Shown: piece by piece, positions 53,089 through 61,418 of the stretch
How the letters are laid out: every line of letters starts with the position of its first letter
Numbering within the stretch: position 1 is the first letter of the stretch
Made by a program: the position numbers and the translations under genes
Notes under the pieces: generated by a model
What the model was told of the DNA's origin: nothing
The model's database searches: none
Seen by the model: the letters and a program-made list of their open reading frames with translations, nothing else
Source of the DNA: an uncultured bacterium
Lineage (GTDB): Bacteria; CAYUVA01
Reading direction: 5' to 3'
DNA length: 63,432 bases
Assembly (NCBI GenBank): GCA_964448115.1
Contig: CAYUVA010000021.1
Location: 1-63,432 of the forward strand

Positions 53089-55059
53089 ATGAGCTTTGTT
53101 TCATTGTTCAAGCGGAATCTTCTCCTTGCGATGATTATTGTACTAGTCGCCCTATGCTTCCGAGGACTTCTTTATTTTGAGATAAAGGATGTGGCATTCA
53201 TCAAGGCTCCCATACTCGACAGCCATTTCTATCAAGAGCAGGCAAAACAGATACTCGGGGAAGATATCGATCCCCGTTTGTCATACAAGCACAAGCCATT
53301 CTTCATGTCCCCCGGCTACCCTTATTTTCTGGCGCTCACCTCGCTTATCCCGGCTGTTTCCGACCTCGAGGCAGCCATATTTACCCAGTATCTTATAGGG
53401 GCTGCACTTGCCGTGTTGTTATTCTTAATAACAGCCAGGTTCACCACCCTGAAAATCGCCTTTATCACTGGCATGTTGGCTGCCATCTATCGGCCGCTGG
53501 CTTTCTATGAGAGCCACCTGCTGGCTGATGCACTGGCATGTTTTTTCGTTGTCCTTATGCTGCACCTGCTATATATCGCCCTAGATTTCGCCAAGCCTGG
53601 AATAGGTCTTTTTTTTCTCTCCGGCGTAATCGGTGGTGTAAGCGTGCTGATGCGCACTAATTATTTGCTTTTTTGCCTGCTGGTGCCCCTGGGGGTGTGG
53701 CTCAGTTCTAACCGCTTCAATGCTAGGGAGAGCATTGCCCGCTCGCTTCTAGTGTTGGCCGGAGTGTTGTCGGTTATCATGCCGGTTATCATCCGTAATG
53801 CGCTGCTCCCAGGTGGCGCGCCACTGATCACTAATAATTTGGGTATAAATCTCTATATCGGCAACAACCCGCGAGCTAACGGCTCATACAAGCCTCTAAT
53901 GGAGGCGGTTGCGTCTTATGATCCCGAGGCTGCCGACTATGCTCAACAGCAAGCCGGCAAGAAGATGACCAGTATAGAGGTTTCAGCTTTTTACAGGAAC
54001 AAGGCGCTCGAATTCATCGCAACTCATCCGCTGAAGGCACTCAAGCTCACCGCAAGGAAGGCGCTGATGCTCTTTAACGACTACGAGATCCCGCAGATAT
54101 ATAATATCCATTATTATGCTCGTATAAGTCGGCTGATTTCCGCACCCTGGCTACCTACATTTGGGTGGATATTCGTGCCCGGAGCGGTGGGCATGGTAAC
54201 CGGATTAAGAAACTGGCGCAGATACATCTTGATATACCTGCTAATTCTTTCCGTGAGCGCCTCGGTGATACCTTTTTTCATCACCGCCCGTTTTCGGCTT
54301 GCTATAGCTGTTTCGCTGATGATATTCAGTGGCATCGCAATTCAAAGGATGCTCGATCTGGCGCGCTATGGAAGGATTAAGGAGTTATCCTTGAGCCTGC
54401 TTGTAGCTGTGGTCGCCTTGATAATATGCTTACTGCCTCTGCCGGTAGATTTCACCGAGTCCGGCATGGTCTATGCGCACGCTCAGCTCGCCTCCGCCTA
54501 CCGCAAGCTGGGCGATGATGAGGCAGCCCTGGCTGAGATGCTCAAATTCCTTGAGCATGAGCCGAATAACTCTCGGATGTTGTATAATGTAGGCTATCTG
54601 AACCTGGTTTTGGGCAGGCTATCGGAGGCGGAGCGCTATCTTGAGCGGGCAGTATCAGCAGATGCCGATTTCGCCAACGCCTGGGGGCTTTTATTCGAGG
54701 TTAGATATCGGCTGGGCAAAAAATTGGAGGCTAAGAGCGCACTTACGAAGTTAAAAGCCATAATGCCCCAACATCCCAAGATAGATTACAACCTGGGCGT
54801 GTTGTGCATGGAATTGGGGGATCTACACTGTGCAATGCAAGCTATGCAACGCTCTTTGGTGCAAAGCCCTGATGACCCGCTTGCCATAAGCAACCTGGCT
54901 ACTCTATATGCCAATATCGGGGAGTTGAAACGAGCCAGGGAGCTATACCAACGAGCGCTTGAGCTGGTGCCTGAGCTATCACAGGCAAAAAACAACCTGG
55001 CAAGGCTAGAGAAGATCATGGACACGCAGACCACGATTCAATATGGGAATGATAGGTGA
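53089..55059 (+). CDS. GT-C fold membrane glycosyltransferase (ArnT/PMT-like) with C-terminal TPRs
   Basis: D..FY...A and PGYPYFL in the first loop, ~11 TM helices, GINLYIGNNP, RFR; several TPRs. Confidence 0.82.
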   Translation: MSFVSLFKRNLLLAMIIVLVALCFRGLLYFEIKDVAFIKAPILDSHFYQEQAKQILGEDIDPRLSYKHKPFFMSPGYPYFLALTSLIPAVSDLEAAIFTQYLIGAALAVLLFLITARFTTLKIAFITGMLAAIYRPLAFYESHLLADALACFFVVLMLHLLYIALDFAKPGIGLFFLSGVIGGVSVLMRTNYLLFCLLVPLGVWLSSNRFNARESIARSLLVLAGVLSVIMPVIIRNALLPGGAPLITNNLGINLYIGNNPRANGSYKPLMEAVASYDPEAADYAQQQAGKKMTSIEVSAFYRNKALEFIATHPLKALKLTARKALMLFNDYEIPQIYNIHYYARISRLISAPWLPTFGWIFVPGAVGMVTGLRNWRRYILIYLLILSVSASVIPFFITARFRLAIAVSLMIFSGIAIQRMLDLARYGRIKELSLSLLVAVVALIICLLPLPVDFTESGMVYAHAQLASAYRKLGDDEAALAEMLKFLEHEPNNSRMLYNVGYLNLVLGRLSEAERYLERAVSADADFANAWGLLFEVRYRLGKKLEAKSALTKLKAIMPQHPKIDYNLGVLCMELGDLHCAMQAMQRSLVQSPDDPLAISNLATLYANIGELKRARELYQRALELVPELSQAKNNLARLEKIMDTQTTIQYGNDR

Positions 55060-57425
55060 AGCGATACCTTTATGAACATCTCGGCGTGTTTTTATTTCTA
55101 AGCCTGGCTCTTTATCTATCCATGCAGCTAAGTTTCATGGGGATTTTATTGCATCCAGAACATTGGTGTGCTCGCTTCATGGATGGCTGGCTGCCCTGGT
55201 ATGATGGTAAAGCCGAGCCGGTCGGGTATCCAGGGGACTTACTCAGCGAATTCTATGTATTCAAGTACCTGGGTAAGCAATTTTTCAGCCGGGGTATATT
55301 GCCCTTGTGGAATCCTTATGCTTTTTGCGGCACGCCGTTGGCTGCCAATGGATTATCGGGGCTATTCTCTCCATTGCAGGTTTTTTATCTTGTATTCCCT
55401 ATATTTGCTGCAATGAGGCTATCCAGCTTTATTGTGATACTTGTCGGTGCATATAGTCTTTATCTGCTTCTGCGGGATTATGGATTATCGATAATTCCTT
55501 CCCTGTTTGGTGCTCTATTTTACATGATCAACCCGCGTGTTGCCTTTAACTTCTGGTTCCCGACTATGGGGGCAAGCTGGTACCTGCTCCCTTTGATACT
55601 GCTATTTTTCCATCGCGGGATAGCTCGCAGCAGCGGAATCTACCTATCTTTAGCAGGAGGGATGCTAGGCTTCAGTATTCTAAATGGCTACCTTCAGATG
55701 AGTATTTATGTGCTGCTCGCGGTAATCATTTATCCGATATTTATCCCCCCAGCAAAACAATGCGCTCGAATAAAAGCACTTATCATCGTATTAGCACTCG
55801 GCTTGATGATATCAAACATCCAGATAATCCCCTCCTTAGAGCTTGCCAGCCTTTCTCAGCGCCAGCCGATACCGCATCAGGGCATAACCTTGTCGCCGAC
55901 ATGGCATCTGCTGACCGCTTTTTTCCCAAGTCTATTCGGTGCTTATGGTGATAGCTGGCTGGGAGCCGTAAGCCTTGAAATACCCAACTGGGGATTTCAT
56001 TTCTCCGAGATGGTCATATTCATCGGGATGGTGCCTATGGTATTGGCATTGTATTCGATATGTGGCGGAATATCTCGCATAAAGGAGTATTATTTGATCT
56101 TGGCTGCCCTGGCGCTTTTATGCAGCTACGGTGGCGAGCTTATCGTGTGGATTGGAAGCAGCCTTCCCTTGCTGGATACGATCAAGATTGTGCCCCGCAT
56201 CCTTTGCTTGTATTACCTGTCGGTTGCGGTGCTCGCTGGGTTCGGTTTGCAGAGATTGCTTGATTCAAGGCGCAAATTCCCCAGATATATAGCTCTTGTT
56301 TTTGCCATAGCCTCTGCGCTTCCTGCTTATCTGTGGTTGCTCGGATATTGGGGGCTATGGACGCCATGGTACCGGGCAAGCGAGGCATTCTTCCAGCACT
56401 TTGACTGCCTGGGCTATACATACATACTTCCGTTGCTCATCCTTTTGGCTGTGTTTCTCTCACTATGGCTATATGCCAAGGCAAGGATCGGCTTCGTGGC
56501 GCTGGTACTGGTTTTATCGATATGTTGGACTGTGGAGATGCTATCCTTCCCCTCCCCTTCCCAACCACGGCTATCAGGGGATCTTCGCCCTCCTGAAGCG
56601 AGGACTCCCGCCCAAATTAGGTTTCTCAAGGCAGACGATGAGCTTTACCGCATAGTAGCAATCGATGCTCCGGGGGATATCCCGGTTCTGCCCCCCAACA
56701 CGGCGAGCCTTTATGGGATCTATGACCTGGAGGGATATGATTCCATGTTCACCGCCCGTATTCAGCATCTATTGAACCTTATAGCACACGGGAATCCGTA
56801 TCAACCGCTCCCTGAGGGCTTCATCAACCTGTCCATCCTGAACCATCCCAACCATCCATTTTATGACATTCTCAATGTCAAGTACCTGCTATGTCCCCCG
56901 CAGCTTGAGGTTGCTGATTACAGGCTTGTCTATGATGGCAATACAAGGATATTCCTCAATCCCTATGCACTTGCCAGGATCTATTCGCCGATCATGTTAT
57001 TCAAGGTCAAGGACGAGGCGCACGAGCTGGCGCGGATGTTTTTGCCACAGGCACTCGGCGGAGAGATGGCAGTAACCTCGCAAACGGGTTTGAAGAGCAT
57101 CTTCGAGCTGGAGAGCCTGTACCCTGAGATCATCGATATAAGCCCCACTCATAAGAGCATTGAAATCAGAGAGCCGGGCAAGGGTATGATAGTCATCTCG
57201 GATCAGTACTATCCTGGCTGGCGCGCCACGAGCGATGGGAGAGAGCTTCATCTTTACAGGGTAAATGGCATCATGCAGGGGATCATGGTCAGCGAACAGG
57301 ATACCCTAATCCACCTAAGCTACCAGCCGATGTCCTACAGATTGGGGATATATCTAAGCCTGCTTGGCATATCAATATTTGTTTTCATTTTATGGATTTT
57401 CAAAGATGCAAGCCAAACAAGATAA
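55056..57425 (+). CDS. YfhO-family membrane protein (GT-C-like)
   Basis: D....FY, LPLWNPYAFCGTP, many TM helices, GYDS, NVKY, YYPGWRA..DG, Y.P and terminal TM helix. Confidence 0.85.
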   Translation: MKRYLYEHLGVFLFLSLALYLSMQLSFMGILLHPEHWCARFMDGWLPWYDGKAEPVGYPGDLLSEFYVFKYLGKQFFSRGILPLWNPYAFCGTPLAANGLSGLFSPLQVFYLVFPIFAAMRLSSFIVILVGAYSLYLLLRDYGLSIIPSLFGALFYMINPRVAFNFWFPTMGASWYLLPLILLFFHRGIARSSGIYLSLAGGMLGFSILNGYLQMSIYVLLAVIIYPIFIPPAKQCARIKALIIVLALGLMISNIQIIPSLELASLSQRQPIPHQGITLSPTWHLLTAFFPSLFGAYGDSWLGAVSLEIPNWGFHFSEMVIFIGMVPMVLALYSICGGISRIKEYYLILAALALLCSYGGELIVWIGSSLPLLDTIKIVPRILCLYYLSVAVLAGFGLQRLLDSRRKFPRYIALVFAIASALPAYLWLLGYWGLWTPWYRASEAFFQHFDCLGYTYILPLLILLAVFLSLWLYAKARIGFVALVLVLSICWTVEMLSFPSPSQPRLSGDLRPPEARTPAQIRFLKADDELYRIVAIDAPGDIPVLPPNTASLYGIYDLEGYDSMFTARIQHLLNLIAHGNPYQPLPEGFINLSILNHPNHPFYDILNVKYLLCPPQLEVADYRLVYDGNTRIFLNPYALARIYSPIMLFKVKDEAHELARMFLPQALGGEMAVTSQTGLKSIFELESLYPEIIDISPTHKSIEIREPGKGMIVISDQYYPGWRATSDGRELHLYRVNGIMQGIMVSEQDTLIHLSYQPMSYRLGIYLSLLGISIFVFILWIFKDASQTR

Positions 57426-57449
57426 CCTCTTGACAATGAGAAATCGGAT

Positions 57450-58118
57450 TTAAGAGATGATCTCATTGGTAAGCCAATATTCCAGGAATATTTTTTCTTC
57501 TTCTAACAAATGACTTTCAGAGCTTGTATTTGCCCAGCTATATTCGGTCGAGAATCTATAGGCAGAAATTAAAGCCATTCTTAGATCCGACGGTTTGTTC
57601 AATATGCCATCTTTTAGTAATGTTATTTTCTGTGAATATGTTACAATTATTTTGAAATTAGGAAGGTGCACTAATTTTTCTCTAATATTATTGAAATAAG
57701 GGTGATAATGAACCCAGTAAAAATTATATCCTTTCTTATTCCATTTATTTATTAAATTCATTATATCTTTAAGATTTCCACCATTGATTACTGTTGATTC
57801 AGGTTCTCTTAGATAATATTTCAAGCAATCTGTATATGTACCAGGTGAAACAAGAATAATTGCTGGTCGATCAATGGAATACATTTCATTGATTATGATT
57901 TTAGATATTTCTTTCCAAGGGGTCTTTTTCCCATAAGGTGTAAATGCTTTTGGATTTAACGAAAGAAGCAATATAAAAGCCAATAAAATTAAAAATAATA
58001 TTCTTTTAATAATTAAAGATTGTAATCGTTTTAAGATCTCATTAAATGTTATCATAAATAAAATAATCCATGGTACTATTAAAAATAAAGCATGTCTTAT
58101 ATTGAAAAAATAATTTTG
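57450..58118 (-). pseudogene. AT-rich 5'-truncated membrane protein remnant (GT-C C-terminal-like)
   Basis: Frame stays open upstream of the track start (QNYFFNIRHALFLIVPWIILF) without a start codon; followed by a TM helix and K.PWKEI; strongly AT-rich. Confidence 0.5.
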
Positions 58119-58447
58119 AAAAAAAAAGCCTGAGAATTGCTGCTAGAACTATTAAAAAAATGAGACATAGGCTGATCGATTGTTTTGCTCGACATTTCAT
58201 AACTAACTCTATAAAGCCCGTTATTTTATATCAAAATCTCAACCCTTTTTCCAGAAAAGTAGGAACTGGATACTCGCTTTCAAGAGCATAATAATGGGTG
58301 GAGCATGACATATTGGGGTATAAATTAACTGTTTATTTTGGGCTGACAACTCGAACCATTTTCAAACCGGCGGAATTGTCAAAGAACTACTGGTGTGCTA
58401 ATCAATATCGATAGGTGAACTACTGCTAAATATAAGGGGTACATCGG

Positions 58448-61171
58448 ATCGATCAAAGGACGAAACGGCTGGTAAACTGGGCGCTCGGCGGTCGAGAGGG
58501 ACCCTATCGCATCGATGCCGGGCTTACCGATAGGTGCAACCTGCGCTGCCTGTTTTGCTATCAGATAGAGCAGGGACGACCAACACGCTTTGACCCCGAT
58601 ATTGAGCTTAGCGACCAAAGATGGCTCGATCTGGTCGATGAGAGCGCACAGCTAGGAGTCAAAGAGTGGAGACTGGCGGGAATCGGCGAGCCGTTGCTCA
58701 GAAAAACACTGGCGCCGAACCTTTGCAGAAAGATCAAGCAATACGATATGTGGGGGGTCATCACCACCAACGGCACCTTGTTCAGCCCGCAACTGGTGGA
58801 TATGCTGGTCGATATCGGCTGGGATCAGATCGAGTTCAGCCTCGATGGACCAAACGCCCAGGTTCACGATATGCTGCGTGGAAGAAAAGGCTCGCTCGAT
58901 AAAGCATTGCAGGCGATGGAGCGCTTCAAGCAAAAGAAGATGCAGCGATCATCGCACCTGCCCGTGATAGCAATAAACATGGTTCTCACCAACCAGAACT
59001 ACCGCCTGCTGCCTGATATGCTCGACCTTGCCGATAAGTACGGGGCAAGGGAGATAAACCTCAATCCGCTGACCATATTCACCGAGCAGGCTAAGCCGCT
59101 CAAGCTCAGCGACGCACAGCGCAGCGAGTTCACCGAGATCGCCTCCCAGGCTCAAGAAAAGGCGGAGAAGCTGGGCATCGGCAATAACCTTTATTCGTTT
59201 ATCGATTTCTCCCTCGTACAAAGCACTGGCAACATGGAAGCGCGCATCATCGAGGATAGCCAGCGCTACGAGGGGCAGAATCCCTTCCTGGGACTCCCCT
59301 GCTTCGAGCCTTGGTACATGATGGCGTTTCGGGGCAACAGTGTCGGTCCCTGCTGCGCCTACAAGGGCAAGGGAGAGAGCATCAGCGATAAAACATTAGA
59401 ACAGGTCTGGTATGGCAAGTACTTTAACGATATCAGGCAACGCCTTTACGAGCACAACCTCCCCGATTTCTGCGCCCAGTGCAGCGCAAACATGGTCTAT
59501 GGACACCGCAAGATCCGCGATGAGCTTAAGAAATACCTGGCAGAGGCTGATGTAAGAGAATTTAAGCACCACGAACCAGATATGATTCAAGTCAGCGCCG
59601 ATACTGAGAAATCCCAGATGGAAAACTTGAAACAGAGGCTGATTACCCTCGAGGTAGCCCTGCGCGAGCTGCAAAGAGACCATGTGCGCATAAGCTCCTT
59701 CAGGTATTCCATCCCCTACAAGCTGCTCAAGATAGCCTATTCATCGAGGCTGGAAGCAGCGTTAGGCGATGGCGCTGAGCTTGAAGGCAAGTCATTGGAT
59801 TTCACAACTTCCGATGAAACGCAAACCAAGCCAATGAAATCCACTACACCATATCCGATCCACAGCACCGAGGCAAAGGTGGAGAGGCTGCTTCGCTGGT
59901 ATGCCGGCGAACCACAACCGCCATATCGCGCGGAGCTTCACCTGACCAATCGCTGCAATTTGAAGTGCTTATCCTGCTGGCATCGGGGCACGGATAGCGA
60001 GATCATAAACGCTCGCTTCGAGCCAGGGGTTGCCAGGCGACTGGTCGAGGAAGCCTCCGCTATGGGTGTCAGGGAGTGGATGGTCTCCGGCGGCGGCGAG
60101 CCGTTGTTCTACGAGAATCGGGCACTCGATATCCTACGCATAATCAAGAGCCGCCGTTCATTCGGGCAACTGACCACAAATGGCATCCTGATCGATGATG
60201 ATGTGGCAAAGCAGCTCGTAGGAATGGGCTGGGACCGGGTGCAGTTCAGCATCGATGGCGCCGAGGCTGCCACCCATGATCGCCTGCGTGCCAAGCCGGG
60301 AGCGTTCTTCGAGGCTGTCCAGGCAGCAAGGCGGTTGGTCCAAGCAAAAAAAGAAGCTCGAAGCGATGTGCCCGAACTGGTCATCACCATGGTTATCTCA
60401 AGGGATAACTACCGCCAGGTCCCGGCAATGTTCGAGTTGGCTCATGATTTGGGCATCCAGGGGGTCTTCTTCGAGCCGTTGACTGTCTTTACTGAATCGC
60501 AGCGGGATATGAAGCTGAGCGACGATGACCTGGCAGCCCTGGCAGAGCTATACGAACCTTCGCGGGAACTCGCGGAGAGGTACCACCTGATAACCGACCT
60601 GGAAATGATGAAGGATGCGCAAATAGTCGGCTCAACCGGCGAGATGACAGCCAGAGTGCTCTCTAGCAGACCGCAGCTTAGCGATGATCCATTTCTGGCA
60701 GTCCCCTGCTATGAGCCTTGGTATAGCATGATCATAAGACCTGCCGGTGGCATCGCTGCTTGTTGCGTTGCCTGGAGCCATGGAATGACAATAATCGAGA
60801 AAGATTCACTGGCATATACCTGGTACAAAGGATTCTTCGCTGAGTTCAGGCAACGGATGCTGGCTGGCGAGCTGCCGGAGTATTGTCGAAGATGCACTAC
60901 CGGACATGCCAAGGAGACCAACAAGCTGCGCAAAATGCTTTCAGAGAGGATAAAAAACGAGGGAATAGAGCCTGGCTATAATCTCGCATCGGCTAGGCAT
61001 GGTGTAGCACAAAAAGAGGCATCAGCAAGGGAAAGGGAGCTGCTTGCTGCAATCAAGGAGAAGGAAACTTTATTGAGTGAATATCTTCGCGACCGCAAGG
61101 AGCTTGATTTTTGGCGCACCACCTTCTGGCACAAGGCTTTTGTCAAAGCAAAGAACCTGTTGGGCATCTGA
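58448..61171 (+). CDS. Tandem (two-module) radical SAM protein with SPASM/Twitch-like Cys domains and coiled-coil tails
   Basis: Frame is open upstream of track start 58694 and contains LTDRCNLRCLFC; second module has LTNRCNLKCLSC. Each has GEPL, TTNG, S.DG...HD.LRG/A and PC.EPW...CC...CxxC. Confidence 0.85.
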   Translation: MDQRTKRLVNWALGGREGPYRIDAGLTDRCNLRCLFCYQIEQGRPTRFDPDIELSDQRWLDLVDESAQLGVKEWRLAGIGEPLLRKTLAPNLCRKIKQYDMWGVITTNGTLFSPQLVDMLVDIGWDQIEFSLDGPNAQVHDMLRGRKGSLDKALQAMERFKQKKMQRSSHLPVIAINMVLTNQNYRLLPDMLDLADKYGAREINLNPLTIFTEQAKPLKLSDAQRSEFTEIASQAQEKAEKLGIGNNLYSFIDFSLVQSTGNMEARIIEDSQRYEGQNPFLGLPCFEPWYMMAFRGNSVGPCCAYKGKGESISDKTLEQVWYGKYFNDIRQRLYEHNLPDFCAQCSANMVYGHRKIRDELKKYLAEADVREFKHHEPDMIQVSADTEKSQMENLKQRLITLEVALRELQRDHVRISSFRYSIPYKLLKIAYSSRLEAALGDGAELEGKSLDFTTSDETQTKPMKSTTPYPIHSTEAKVERLLRWYAGEPQPPYRAELHLTNRCNLKCLSCWHRGTDSEIINARFEPGVARRLVEEASAMGVREWMVSGGGEPLFYENRALDILRIIKSRRSFGQLTTNGILIDDDVAKQLVGMGWDRVQFSIDGAEAATHDRLRAKPGAFFEAVQAARRLVQAKKEARSDVPELVITMVISRDNYRQVPAMFELAHDLGIQGVFFEPLTVFTESQRDMKLSDDDLAALAELYEPSRELAERYHLITDLEMMKDAQIVGSTGEMTARVLSSRPQLSDDPFLAVPCYEPWYSMIIRPAGGIAACCVAWSHGMTIIEKDSLAYTWYKGFFAEFRQRMLAGELPEYCRRCTTGHAKETNKLRKMLSERIKNEGIEPGYNLASARHGVAQKEASARERELLAAIKEKETLLSEYLRDRKELDFWRTTFWHKAFVKAKNLLGI

Positions 61172-61418
61172 GACGCCCCGCATCAGGTGCAGGATAAACC
61201 CCGGTGGGAATCCCGCCTAACCACTTCTCTGTAATTCTCCCCCCAGGCGGGAATCCAGTAACTTTGTAAAGTGATGGAGTGACATGCATACTGTCTCAGC
61301 GCTGAAACAGTTAACTTTGCATCACCATCCTCTATTCACGGTACCACGGTACCATGGTATCACTTCCTCTTCGTGCCTTTGTGGCTAAAAACCCGAGCCT
61401 TACGCTTCAAGCATCCAA

